From the NCBI GenBank assembly GCA_951406725.2, contig OX597814.1, forward strand, positions 130,138,001-130,202,000: a DNA stretch of 64,000 nt. Direction: 5' to 3'. The notes beneath the pieces were generated by a model that was not told where the DNA came from, did not search any database, and saw only the letters and a program-made list of their open reading frames with translations. How positions within the stretch are numbered: position 1 is the stretch's first letter; each line of letters starts with the position of its first letter. Below are positions 11,677 to 25,197 of the stretch, one piece after another. The stretch comes from Octopus vulgaris (lineage: Eukaryota). The position numbers were made by a program, and so were the translations under genes.

Positions 11677-13619
11677 CACACACCTAATCCGGGGGACCTA
11701 AAACTACGACCCATTGTAGCTGGCCCAACCTGTGAAACACACAGACTAAGTCTACTTATGGACATCCTCTTGAAACCCTTCCTTAAACATATCGATAGCC
11801 ATATCAGAGATGACTTAGATATGTTAAACCACCTTCCAAAAAAACCAAGGAAGAAACAATCCTGGTTTCATTTGATGTAGTCAACTTGTATACCAGTATA
11901 CCTCATAATTATGGACTGGAGGCAATACAATTCTGGTTAGACCAATTTCCGGAAGAAATACCAAAAGGATCAGTAAGGAATTCATTACTAAATCAATTGA
12001 ATTCATCCTACACAATAACCACTTCATGTTTGACAATACATTTTACCGTCAAAAATCCGGAATTGCTATGGGTACAAGGGCAGCACCAGTCATTGCGAAC
12101 TTAACAATGGGATACATGGAAATAATCATTTACCAGGAATCTCTATCAATCTTTGGAAACTCCCTCTCTCAATACATAAAAGAGAATTGGAAACGATTCC
12201 TAGACGATTGTTTCATTCTCTGGAATGAAAACATAGATAAACTCCTAAAATTTAAAAACCTATTGAACAGCATAAACCCAAATATACAGTTCACAATGGA
12301 ATACAACCAAAAGGAGCTCCCGTTCTTGGATATACTAATTAAAAAAATTAACCTTAAAATAGAAACAGACATTTTTTACAAAGCCACAGACGCCAAACAA
12401 TACCTTCTTTTAATTCATGCCACCCAAGACACACTAAAACAAACATCCCCTTCAACCTTGCAAGAAGGATATGCACAATAGTGTCAGAACAAAATACCAG
12501 GAACTTTAGACTGCAAGAACTCAAAAACACCCTAATTGACAGACATTACCCAGCTCAACTCATAGAGGATGGGATCAGACGTGCAACAGAAATCAACATA
12601 GAAACTTTAAGAAAAGTTCAACACAACAACACACCTTCCCCGAAAATACTACCTTACATATCTACATACAACCCCAGAAACAAAGAAGCCTTCACCATCA
12701 TCACCCAGAACTTACCAATACTTCATAAAAACCCAAAATTAAAGGAAATTCTAAACATACACCAAATCATTAAAAGCTACAAACAGCCTAAATCACTTAA
12801 AAAGATTCTCACAAAGGCAAAATTGTCTTCTAAAATTACGGATGCAAAAGTAAAAAAATGTGGTAGATCGAACTGTGCAACATGTCCTAACCTATTGGAA
12901 GGATCAGAATTCTTCTTTAAAGAGGGACAGAAATTTAAGATCAAATCTAACTTTACTTGTGCCTCTGAAAACATAATTTATGTTATTAAATGCTCGGGCT
13001 GCCACCAAGACTACGTGGGTTCCACGGGACTATCACTCAGGCACAGATGCACACTGCATCGACAACAGATTGCATTCCCAGAATATAGAATGATACCTTT
13101 TAGTGAGCACATTGAGAAATGCGCAAAGCAACTACTGCCACAATTTTTAATCTTCCCATTTTACCAATGTGCTTTCGGATCATCAACACAAATGAGACTG
13201 AACAAGGAAACATTCTTCATTGAAAAGTACAAACCCAGACTCAACCATCCGAACATACTGACACAGAGAAATTAACAAGGAAAAGGAAAAAACATTTTTA
13301 AGCGATTATCTCCCCTACACCGGAAAAAATCACTCACTACCTCCCCTTATTTAGAAATCTCCTGGAAATAAAAACAACGATAATTCCATGCAATATAAAC
13401 ATAACGTCACAAGAAATTTGAAAAGCTACACGCGAAACCGGTAATTTCTTTAAAAATTTTTAAATTATGTCATTTTAAGGAAAGGAAAAAAAAAAAAAAA
13501 AAATTTTTCCAATATTCTCCAGACATTTTGACACAAATATATATATTTTTTAACATTTAAGCCTTCTGTCGTTTTTTCACACTTTACTATTTTACGTGCT
13601 TTACCAAACAAACTTTCTT

Positions 13620-13620
<1 letters not shown>
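11677..13620 (+). mobile_element. Penelope-like element (Neptune-like), inverted right arm
   Basis: Near-identical reverse complement of 9191-11098; RT motifs SFDVVNLYTSIP, GIAMGTRAAP and RFLDDCF; GIY-YIG ORF 12481-13275. Confidence 0.92.
13411..13450 (+). ncRNA. minimal type I hammerhead ribozyme (U3-A8 variant)
   Basis: Stem I AAGAAAT/ATTTCTT; core TTGAAAA; stem II GC-tacac-GC; GAAA; palindromic ACCGGT; GUA cleavage triplet; lies downstream of the GIY-YIG stop. Confidence 0.75.
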
Positions 13621-13684
<64 letters not shown>

Positions 13685-13686
<2 letters not shown>

Positions 13687-15030
13687 TTTATCTTTTACTG
13701 ATTTCAGTCCAGGGCTGAGGTCATGCTCGTACACCAACTGTAGTTACTCGGTATTGTTTGTAGTATTGTTTTGGGTGAAGTAGCGAGTTGAACGGAGCTG
13801 CTCTTCTTTGCATTCTCCTGCCGCGATGTGGATTCATCTGGTATCTCAGAGAGAAACCTGTCCAGACGTTCTTTGAAAACTTCCACATCAACACCATGTA
13901 AATCTCTAAGGTTGCCTGGCAGGATGTTGAATAATTGCGGGCCCTTGAAACCCAGAATATTGCAGTACTGTGTCCTTATTTTAGATGAGGAAGACGGGAT
14001 CCTTGGTGATGCAGTGCCGTCCAGTTCGAAGATTGGTATAGCTGCCGATTCCAAAATTGGGAGCTAAACCCTCTAAGATCTTCCAAATATATATAACCGC
14101 ATACCTCTCTCGTCTCCTCTCCAGGGAATAGAGACGCAGATCCTTTAGCCTCTCCTAGTAACTCGTCTCTTGCATCGAGTCATTCTCCTTTGTGCATTGT
14201 CCCTGGATTTCTTTGAATTCCACAGTTTGTTTCACACTCTCTGGGACCATAGTTGGGAGCAGTGATCAAGGCCACCGACAGTGTTAGTCCTTCATAGCAG
14301 TAGCAGGGCCTCCCTTTTCCTGCTTCTGAATATCCTCAAAATCCATCCAGACACCCACCTGCACAGATCCGCCATCCCACAATATATACATAGAATGTTG
14401 CATCATTGCTCACGTGAACCCCAAGGTCACGCACCAACCCTGACGTCAGGTCGAGTGTATTCCGATTTTAGCTTGGTGTTGCGCCGCTAGTAGAGTGCCT
14501 GAAATTTCATAGCATTGAACTGCATGTTATTTTTGTTCGCCGACTTGTATATTTTATTCCGATCTTTCTGCAGTTTTATGATGTCCCCCGTGTTCCTAAC
14601 TGTCTGCGATACTTTTGTATCGTCAGCATTATTGTTCAGATTGACTGACTGTACCGCAGAGGGCATGTCTGAGAGGGACACAACAATTAGTAGTGGCCCC
14701 AGTACAGTTCCTTGTGGGACACCGCTGAGAAATGGTGTCTCTCCAGAGTGAGCTCCATTGACTACAACTGTCTGGCCCATGCCCTTCAGAAAATCATGCA
14801 GCCACTCTCCCAGTTTCCCAGTAATACCAAGGTTTCGCAGTTTGTGAGATATCATGCCAGTTTGTCGAAGGCCTTCGCAAAGTCGACGTATATCACGTCT
14901 ACAGCTGAGTGGTTTAGCTGTTGTTTCAGAAACCAATGAAAGTGCTGCAGCAACTGTGTGAGGAAGCCCCTCCCTTGGAAGGAAGCCATGTTGCGTCTTT
15001 GTGAGAAGCTTGTTTTCTTCTAGGAACGTG

Positions 15031-15032
<2 letters not shown>
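13685..15032 (-). mobile_element. degenerate 5'-truncated CR1-like LINE
   Basis: Motifs QHGF, DFAKAFD (frameshifted), [19 protein letters not shown] and GFKGPQLFN; GTAAAAGATAAAAGA tail. Confidence 0.88.
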
Positions 15033-15091
<59 letters not shown>

Positions 15092-15165
15092 ATATATGTG
15101 TGTGTATATATATATGTATGCATGTATGTATGCATGTATGTATGCATATATAGATACATACATAC

Positions 15166-15216
<51 letters not shown>

Positions 15217-15461
15217 ATATATTATATATATATATACATGAATATATATATCTATATATACATATATATACATACATATATATGATACATATATATACAT
15301 ATATACAGATACATCTATACATATATATCATCTATACATATATATCCATACATACACACGTATACATATACATCTATACATTAATATACATTCGAGCAGA
15401 TGTATATACTCATATATACATGCATATATATGTATACACACACACATATATATATGCACAT

Positions 15462-15519
<58 letters not shown>

Positions 15520-15857
15520 GTAAATACATATATATATGCATGTATATCTGTGAGATAATAGTTTCAGTACTGATAGTCAACTATAAGACTGAAAGTATCG
15601 CACATTACAATAGAGATGTTATTTCACTTTTGACAGGTAATACTGAAATAGCGTAACAGATAAGAGATTGCTCTGGGCTTGCATTAGGCAAGAAGTTGAA
15701 AATTTGGATACAACTCACCCAACAAGAACTCACTACTTGAACAAAACTTGACTTAAACAGGATTCGAATAATCCTATCAGGTGGTGCTATTAAGTTAGAC
15801 ATGGCCTGGCCCAAACTTTGGTCGAAACATATCTAAGTTTATCTAAGTTTATATATA

Positions 15858-15921
<64 letters not shown>

Positions 15922-16038
15922 TACATACATACATACATACATACATACATACATACATACATACATACATACATACGTACATGCATGCATGCATACATAC
16001 ATGCATGCATACATACATGCATACGTACATACATATGC

Positions 16039-17097
16039 CCCTGTCGTAAGGCTTTACTTCTACACACACCAGCCTAATTTAATTCGTCCTTAGTCGAAAG
16101 ACACCTGTTGTCATATCCTGTTATTTGTATTTATGTAACATTTCTCTGCTTTTTTTCCGCCCTTGTTTTCGCATACATTCTCTGCTTTCTTAAAAGGATT
16201 ATAATGCTCTTAGCTTTCTTTTCCTTGAAGATGGCTATATTGGAGCAATCCCAAGTATAGTCAGCCGAAATAGCAAATATAATCGACTGAGGATAGAAAT
16301 TTCCGAATGATTCGTCCCTGTTTCCCTTGTATCGTCTGCCTGGTTAATTTGTTGTCCTCTTTTTTGTTTCACCTAACTGTCTGGATGTTTTGCGTTCTTG
16401 TCCCATTTTTGTATGTATATAAAGTATAGCAGAGTAAGTACACATTGGTCTCTTATATGTAAGTATATATATCTAAATTATGTACGACTCTATTGTTCTT
16501 TGTATTCTTTCCTTCTTTCCTTCTTTCTATCAGCCCTTTCACCCTTCGTTCATTCCACTCTTCGTTCTTTCGTTGCCCCTCTCCCACATTTCGTGGCCTT
16601 CTCTTTATGCTCACTTTCCCTCTTTCACTTCACTGTGTCTCTTTCATTTTTCTCTCACCCCTCCTTAATTCTTCTATCCCTCTACCTCTACCTCTCTCTC
16701 TTCTCTCTCCACGTGATCAGTGTTCTGCCAGGCCTGACTTTTCTTTCTTGGTTGGACTATTGTCGGGGCAACATCTATATTCCTTCCTGTGCTTGTTAAA
16801 TCCTATATCCCTGCCGTAAGGCTTTACTTCCACACACGCCAGCTTAATTTAATTCGTCCTTAGTCGAAAGACACCTGATGTTATATCCTGTTATTTGTAT
16901 TTGTGTAACATTTCTCTGGGAGTTTTTCCGTCCTTGTTTCGAATACATTCGCTGCTTTCTTCCAAGGAATGCAATGCTCTTAGCTTATTTTTTCCTTGGA
17001 GCTGGCCAGGTTTGAGCGATCTCGAGTATAACCAGCCGAAATTGCAAAGATTATCTGGAACTCGACTGAGGAAAGAAAACTCCGAATGATCCATCCT
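16039..17097 (+). repeat. diverged direct repeat of about 280 bp (16039-16320 and 16808-17097), possibly Penelope pseudo-LTRs
   Basis: Shared blocks such as CGTAAGGCTTTACTT and TAATTTAATTCGTCCTTAGTCGAAAGACACCTG; each copy has a decayed ...GGC...GCCGAAA hammerhead-like segment. Confidence 0.65.
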
Positions 17098-17139
17098 TAT
17101 TTTAAAATCGCACACAACACACAAAACCCACAATATGAA

Positions 17140-17575
17140 ACCAGCTGTTCATGCAGGGATAAAAATTTGTGCCCGTTAAATGGGGCTTGCATGTCCGAGA
17201 CCATCATTTATGAAGCCACCGTGGACTATATCCACTAAAGACAAGGTTTAAGCGAAGAAATACGTGGGCCTTACAGAGGATAACTTCAAGGCCAGGTTCA
17301 ATAATCACACCTTGAGCTTCAGGCACTGGTATAAAAGGAAAACGACCAAATTATCCAGCCATATATGGTCCTTAAAAGATAAAGGTGTCAACTATAACAT
17401 CCATTGGATGATCATAGCCAAGTGTAAGCCCTACGCCAACGGCAGTGGAAAGTGCAGTCTTTGTGATATGGAAAGATGGCTCATCTGGAAAAGCAGATTA
17501 GACCCCACCACATGTCTGAATTCAAGAACTGAACTTTTCGGTTCATATCCCATGCGTGGCTAAATATTTGTTACC
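17140..17575 (+). pseudogene. Penelope-like (Naiad-type) GIY-YIG endonuclease C-terminal remnant
   Basis: CSCRDKNLCPLNGAC...IIYEATV...YVGLTEDNFKARFNNH...IWSLK...KCSLC...LNSRTEL; clade assignment from motif recall. Confidence 0.8.
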
Positions 17576-19494
17576 TTTTTGGTTCCCCCTAGATTACAGA
17601 TAGTACTTGCTTTCTATATTGTGTCCACGTACAAGCTTTTTATCCCTGTATACTTTTTTTAGTTATGTTTCTTATATATTTTTATATATATTTATATATT
17701 TTTATATATTTTTTACATATTTATATAGATATTGTTTTATAGGTTTCTTGCTCATATATTTATTTACACATACTTTTTCTGTATTCTACCTTCCACCCTG
17801 CATTTTTCCCTGTGCGGGTATGGGCGTATGTAGACGTGTGTGTGTGTATGTGTGTGCGTGCGTGCATGCGAGTATGTTCGTATATAGACGTGTTATAGTC
17901 TTACTGATTTTCCCCCATTTTTCTGTATTTTGCATTTAGCCCTGCTTTTTCTTGTGCATGTGCGTATATAGACGTGTATATGAACCTCTTTTTGGGCGCA
18001 TGTGTGTGTGTGTACGTATGTAGACGTGTGCGAGTATGCGCATATATAGACGTGTGTGTGTGCGTGCATACGAGTATGTGCGTATATAGACTTATTGCTT
18101 ATTTTTTTATACTTCTTCACACATTTTTCTATATTTTGCCTTTAGCCCTGTTTTTTCTTGTGCATGTGGTATATAGACATGTGCATGAACCTTTTTTTGT
18201 GTGAGCGCGCGCGTGTGTGCGTGCGAGTGTGCATGTATATATCTTTTTGGCAACCTTTTCTTGCAAGACGCAATGAAAATTTTAGGAAAATAAAAGTAAG
18301 AAATAAGTGGAAATTTTACCGGTGAGTGTGTTACATTATAAGGCACAAAAAGAAAATGACACTCCCCAGATACAACAGAATATGCTTCAACACACGAACT
18401 CATATCAAGAATCTTGCAAACCAAATCCAAAAATGAAATATAAAAAGCTTTGGCCAAGCTAGCAAGTCGCTGAGAAACACCATGTTCTGCTGTCTAAAAA
18501 TCAAGATAGCTACTCGACAGCTCCACTTCATTAAAACATGCATCTTCTCCAGGCTATACACAAAATCTGTTAATTCAGCTGACAAGCGGTTAGGACTCAC
18601 AGAACATCAACAAAGAAAACTAAAACATACGATGTTACAAAACATCAAAAAGAAAATATACACAGAAATCAACCAGTAGCAAACACGAAAGAGAGTCCTG
18701 CAGCATGAACTAAAAAACACCACTACTCCACACGAAAGAGACACATTCACGACAAACATCAAACAAGAATACCGCCGAGTTAGCCATGCCTGTAACAAAC
18801 ACTTCAACAATAAACTCAAGTGGATGAAACAGCAACAACAACAATATCAGCATGTTCCACTGAGTACCTATATGTTTGTTCACGACTATATAAACATCTA
18901 AAACGAGTAGCAACTGCATGGTGTAAAAGATCAGGTGATACTCCCTTGCGATTATGATTTTAGTTATGATTTTCTGATCACTACTTCAACTAAGCCTTTG
19001 TCTCAATATCCCTCTTGGTACTATTTAAAAATACTGTATAGATACAATCACTCTTGCATTCTATCTGATCGCTGAAATAGGTCTCCTTCCAATTTCAAAG
19101 TGGAATCATTATACTTCACCTCTCATTATAGAAAACTAATGACGTTTTTTTTTGGCTTTGATATGTAGACAATATTGCTGGAATTACTCATCCGTTTGCT
19201 CCACTGGTGCCTTTATCTGCTTGTTTCCACAATGGCAGTGATGTCATCCATAAAAGCAAATATCAAGCCTTTTATTTTGTTATTCTTTTACTTGTGTCAT
19301 TCATTTGACTGCAGGCAAACAAGGGCACCACTTGAAGAGTTGAGTCAATCATTTGACTTCCATGATTCATTCCATCCGAGGAGTTTCTTGACTCTCTCAA
19401 CACAATCTCTCTATCCATAACGAAGAGGACTAAAGGAATGGCGTTCTGCTCCCCATTAAATATCCGTCTTCAATGCGCGTCAGTTAGTTTTTAT

Positions 19495-19628
19495 TCTTAT
19501 ATTCTTTTATTTGTTTCAGTCATTTGACTGCGGCCATACTGGACTTATTATTTGTAAGCCTAGTGCCCAACCGCTAAGTTACGGGGACAAACACAGACAC
19601 AGAAACACACACACACACACACACACAT

Positions 19629-19711
<83 letters not shown>

Positions 19712-19876
19712 CGCATATAACGGGCTTCTTTCAGTTTCTGTCTATCAAATCCACTCACAAGGCTTTGGTCGGCCCGAGGCTATAGTAGAAGACACCTGCC
19801 CAAGATGCCACGCTGTGGGATTGAACCCGGAACCATGTGGTTGGTAAGCAAGCTACTTACCACACAGCCACTCCTG
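19495..19876 (-). mobile_element. SINE family A copy with internal deletions
   Basis: Reverse complement of family A head and tail. Confidence 0.87.
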
Positions 19877-20864
19877 TAGATTTCTTGATAGTAAAACACA
19901 TGAATTCTTAATGTAAGGTACTATAGAAGAATTTCCAGCACACTCTTTGGATTGCAAAACAATCAGCATATGAGGAGCTTTGTCCGTCAATCAGCATATG
20001 GGGAGCTGATCCATCATGAGGTTGTTTTCCCCCCCTATATGAAAGCTGAATTAAGTTCCAAATCATTCAAACGGTCTGAGTCATCACAGTGCAAGGAATT
20101 TTACCAACCTTCTTTCCAATAAGCCCTTTACAGAGAGGAAGGGTATTAGAGGGAACTGGTGGTCGTTTTTTATACCCGTTCGTTTTAAAATAATTTCTCT
20201 GTTGTTAAATCTTCTTTCCGAAATAATTGTATGCAGAAGTGTGTTGAATAAGTTACCATGAGTGTGTATGTATGTCTGTGTGTTTGTGTGAGGTAGATTC
20301 AAAGCTGTCTTAGCAGCATTACTGGCTCCTGGTAATTCAGTGAGCTGAGCCTAAAAGTAGTTATTTATTGTCAGCAAACCACAACATACATAGATTAGAA
20401 TTGAGCCACTAGACCCGTGAGGCCCTAGGCAACTGCCTAACAGGTCCACGCTTTATTAAGGTATTTGGTAAATTTACGTGTGCGAAGGTATAAAACAGAA
20501 ATCACGTGGCAGACACACACATCCATATACTGCAAGCATTTGCACCCTATTTCTATTCATATCATTTTCTTCTCAAGGTTAACAGAAACGGAACAGTGAA
20601 ATACGTGTGTTGCTATAGTTACGGTAGTGACTTAAATGCTACTAAATAACATATAACATCTTTTGGTCGCAGTAATCACGTCACACAGCAGCTTGTTTAC
20701 AATAACATCACGTGATTTTTCTTTTTTGTTTCATTTTTTTTTTATTTTGCTTTTGCAATCTCAACATAACAGCTCAAGTCGAGAAAGCAAAATATATATG
20801 ACGTTATAAGATTAGATATAATAGCAGCATGCTACCTAAAATGCCGTATTGTTTTACAATCTTC

Positions 20865-20926
<62 letters not shown>

Positions 20927-20931
20927 TTATG

Positions 20932-20968
<37 letters not shown>

Positions 20969-21119
20969 TCACACACACACAATAATCCCACGACTATCGC
21001 GGATGTTACTCTAAGTGAACATCCGCGAAGAAGAAACAGTACTGTACTGTATATTTTTTATTATTATTATTATTATTGTTGTTATTATTACTATTATTAT
21101 TATTATTATTATTATCATT

Positions 21120-21173
<54 letters not shown>

Positions 21174-21510
21174 GAGTGAGAGAGCAGTTCATGCCATCAA
21201 AGTGACACTGGGGTAAAATATACGAAGCCCAATATACCCATCATGACTACCCGTCTGATAAAGGTACACCAGGCACATGCATCACAACCATATGTGCGTG
21301 ACATGGTGATCTCATATCAAGATAAACAGCACATGACCTTGCAGGTGGGGCCCAGTTAGAATTTTCTTCAGGTTGAGTAGCCCATCCCGCTCAAACGGTC
21401 CCTGAATAAGGGTTGTTTAAGGATGTTGAAAGAACCACCCATGTTTCCAGAGGTGAACTATTCAAACCCCAAAGAATCCCTCTCAACACATGGCTATGAT
21501 GCTCCCCCAC

Positions 21511-21511
<1 letters not shown>
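21174..21511 (-). mobile_element. non-coding interspersed repeat embedded in (TAA)n, shorter copy
   Basis: Homologous to 58985-59290 with the same left end; (ATT)n on both sides; orientation inferred. Confidence 0.75.
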
Positions 21512-21574
<63 letters not shown>

Positions 21575-21679
21575 GTGTATATATTTATTTCAGTATAAAT
21601 GCAAAAAACACCACAGAAGAATTGACATAAGCTTAGATAATAAATCGTGATAGGTGAACCGCGATATGGCGATGTATTA

Positions 21680-21733
<54 letters not shown>

Positions 21734-21774
21734 TATCCATATATGTATCTTGTTGATTATCATTTCAGCAAATA

Positions 21775-23039
21775 TTGGGTTGTCAAGAAAGTTCTTGCGG
21801 TTTTTAACCTTTAAATTCAGATGCACATATCACAGCTCAAACAAAACTTTATTAATCGAAATAAGCACCATCAGAATCAACACACTTTTGCCAAAGCGAA
21901 AGAAGTTTATTTATGCCAGTAGCATAAAATCCTGCGTTCTGGTGGCGAAGAATTCGTTGAAGGCGTGTTTGGCATCGTCTTGGTTTTTGAAGCATTTCTC
22001 ACGCCTCTCCTGTCGAGATGCTTGAAAAAGTGGTAATCGGTAGGCGACAGGCCTGGTGAGTATAGCGCATGAGGCAGAGTTTCTTAGCCCAATTCGTTCA
22101 ACTAATATAGTTGTGCAACGTGCGGCCGAGTGGTGTCGTGGAGAAGAATTGGTTCTTTTTTTATTGACCAATGCTGGCTGAGTTTCTTATGCATTTCATC
22201 CATTTGCTGACAGTACTTCTCCGCCGTAATGGTTTCGCCTGGATCCAAAAAGCTGTGATGGATGAGACCGCCCGCAGACCACCAAACAATCACCATGACC
22301 TTCTTTTGGTGCAACTTTGGCTTCGGGAAGTGCCGTGGAGCTTCGTCGGCGTCCAACCACTGAGCTGAGCGTCGCCGGTTGTTGTAAAGAATCTACTTTT
22401 CATCGCAAGTCACAATCCGGTCGAGAAACGGGTCGTGCTTGATGCGTAAAAGAAGGGAAGACGACACTTCAAAACGGCGTTTTATTTTGGTTGTCGTTCA
22501 ATTCGTGTGGCACTCATTTCTCAAGTATTTTTGTTTTTCCAATCTCTTTCAAGTGGTTGGAAATTGTCGTATACGTTATGTCTAATTCAGAGGCAAGCTG
22601 TCGAACAGATGTGCGTGGATTGGCTTCGACTAAGGCTCTTAGCTGATCGTTGTCAACATCCGATGGCCGACCACTACGTTTATGATCTTCAAAACTCTCG
22701 TCACCGCTACGAAATTTCTTGAACTACCATTGTGCTGTACGTTCATTAGTGGTTTCTGGGCCATCGTTGATATCGCGAGCTGTTTCAGCAGCTTTTCGGC
22801 CTAGCTTGAACTGGAATAAGAAAATTGTTCGAACTTGCTTCTTGTCCATGTTGTATTTAACGTTCCGCAAAAAATGGCCTAATTATTCTAAAAGAAAAAG
22901 AGTAACACGATTAGATAGAGCGAAAAATGGGCTTTAAAATGATGTATAAAATCAAAAGTAATTTAATGAAAATTAATTTGAAAAGACATAATTTAAAACC
23001 AAAATTTAAAATTCCGCAAGAACTTTCTTGACAACTTAA
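21775..23039 (-). mobile_element. mariner transposon (Hsmar1/cecropia-like), full length with decayed transposase (about 21852-22849)
   Basis: 26-bp TIRs TTGGGTTGTCAAGAAAGTTCTTGCGG / CCGCAAGAACTTTCTTGACAACTTAA, TA on both sides; motifs DRIVTCDEK, LHQKKVM, ILLHD and a YSPDL-like stretch. Confidence 0.92.
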
Positions 23040-24024
23040 TACAATACTAAGCCTTGAATGCTGTGTGGTTTGATATAGGCGTTGAGCGATCAAAAGTATG
23101 TCATTGTAGCTACTTAATTTACGTCTACTAGTTTAGGCGGTCAGTAGTCGTGACGTCGCTCAGATGAAGTTGTTAACACAGCTATACAGTTGACAAAAGA
23201 AACAGCGTTCGAATCCTACAGACGATGTCGTTAGAAATTAGATTGTTATCATTAATGATTTCTACCTTAGATACAAGGTCACGTGATTGCAATGAAACAT
23301 TACTTCATTAGCATTTACTCTACAGAGTGTAGAAGGATGAAAAGCAAAATCTCTCTGGATTCGAAACAATCTCAGAACTTTAAATGACACAACCAAATAC
23401 TGTAAAAGTCACCGTAAGAGGTTCTACCTATTTTGCCAATCCAGCAACCTCAAACCTTGCCGCATTGCTCATGTAACAAGGTAGGAACCTTCTGTTCTTG
23501 AGAGACCCACCTCCAGCCTACACTCGCTGAGAAAGAAAGCAGGTTTTGGTTAAATATTTATTATGTTAGTACTTTACAACTATTTGAAGTAATATTATTA
23601 TTTTTTACCAGTTACGTTTTAGTCTAACAGTAGATATTTTATAGATATTTTATAATAGTATCTTTTTGTAGTTGCACAATGTTTCTACCTGTATTTGTGG
23701 CTAATATATAGTTCTCTGTCATGTTATAAAGACTATATACCATCTGCTTGTTTCGATAAGTGTTTATCGTCAAATTTTCTATGCAATTTATCACTTTTCT
23801 CATAAGAAAATATTTAAAAATCTTCAGGGAAATCTTTTATGCAATATTCGGATTTTCCAGACTGGTTCCGAAATCTAGTTAATTGAAAACACAAATATCA
23901 CGCTAATTAAAAAAAAAAACTCCGAGATAAGAAAACTTCGCCACTGACATGCAAATACTTATGAATCACTTAACTTGACATTGTAAGGCACTCACACAAA
24001 TTGCAAGAAAATTTAAGGAGGAAA

Positions 24025-24458
24025 TATTCTTTTCTACTCTAGGCACACGGCCCAAAATTTTGGGAGAGGGGCCAGTTGATTACATCGATCTCAATACGCA
24101 ACTGGTACTTAATCTATCGACTTCGAAAGGATGAAAGACAAAGTCGACCTCGGCGGAATTTGAATTCAGAACGTAAAGACAGACGAAATACCACTCAGTA
24201 TTTCGCCCGGCGTGATAACGTTTCTTATTTCTTTATTGTCCACAAGGGGCTAAACATAGAGGGGAAAAACAAGGACAGACAAAGGGATTAACTCGATTAC
24301 ATCGACCCCAGTGCGTAACTGGTAGTTAATTTATCGACGCCGAAAGGATGAGAGGTAAAGTCGACCTCGGCAGTATTTGAACTGAGAACATAAAGACGGA
24401 CGAAAAACCGCTAAGCAATTCGCCCGGTGTGCTAATGTTTCTGCCAGCTCACCGCCTT
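24025..24458 (-). mobile_element. SINE family B nested pair (Tx1-tailed copy inside an alternative-tailed copy)
   Basis: Head-body-tail(...AATAAAGAAATA) joined at 24226/24225 to AGAAACGTTATCACG...body...GTGCCTAGAGTAGAAAAGAATA. Confidence 0.85.
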
Positions 24459-24689
24459 ACTTATAACTCAAATATTATAAACCAAAAGCGACTTAGTTGA
24501 CAAATGATGGACTGGATGGACTTAGAAATTTTGCTATTTATTTTCCAGCGAGATGAAATTTGAACGCGTAAAATAATTGTGTCCTATTTAACAATCACGT
24601 GCGTTCAGTCAATTATCCCACCTGAATATATTTGTACATCAGCCGACACAGAATCTCATTCAGTTAATACGATCATCATCATCATTCTC

Positions 24690-25197
24690 ATCATCATCAA
24701 CCCACTGAACATCACGGCCTTGAGTCACAGGACTCATGGGGCCGGTTAGCCGGTTTCCATGGCGTATGAGTAACCTATTTCTTTACTACCCACAAGGGGC
24801 TAAACACAGAAAGGACAATACAAGGACAGACAAACGGATTAAGTCGATTATATCGACCCCAGTGCGAAAGTGGTACTTTATTTATCGACCCCGAAAGGAT
24901 GAAAGGCAAAGTCGACCGGGGCGGAATTCGACTTTGCCTTTCATCCTTTCGGGGTCGATAAATAAAGTACCAGGACTCATGGGGCCGGTTAGCCGGTTTC
25001 CATGGCGTATGAGTAACCGGGATCACAACATTCCCGCCAGCTCGTCGTAGAGTGAGTCATTTACAGCTGAGTGGACTGGGGCTACGCGAAATGAAGTGAT
25101 TTACTCAAGAACATAACGCATTGCCCGGTCCGGGAATCGAAACGATTACCTTCCAATCACGAATGCAACACCCTATACTCTAGACCACGCGCCTCCG
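24690..25197 (-). mobile_element. tRNA-derived SINE (family C-like) interrupted by a fold-back family B insert (24776-24970)
   Basis: Minus-strand tRNA-like head near 25197; the insert is flanked by an exact 48-bp duplication (24728-24775 and 24971-25018). Confidence 0.75.

Noticed and set aside
15032-16093. Many [12 protein letters not shown] ORFs here and across the window (also 37161-37738, 41214-41762, 55649-56255)
   Set aside because: These are stop-free frames of di- and tetranucleotide repeats, not genes.
18400-18900. Basic, helical-looking reading frame, possibly a Penelope ORF N-terminus
   Set aside because: It is interrupted by stops and has no diagnostic motif, so it cannot be supported.
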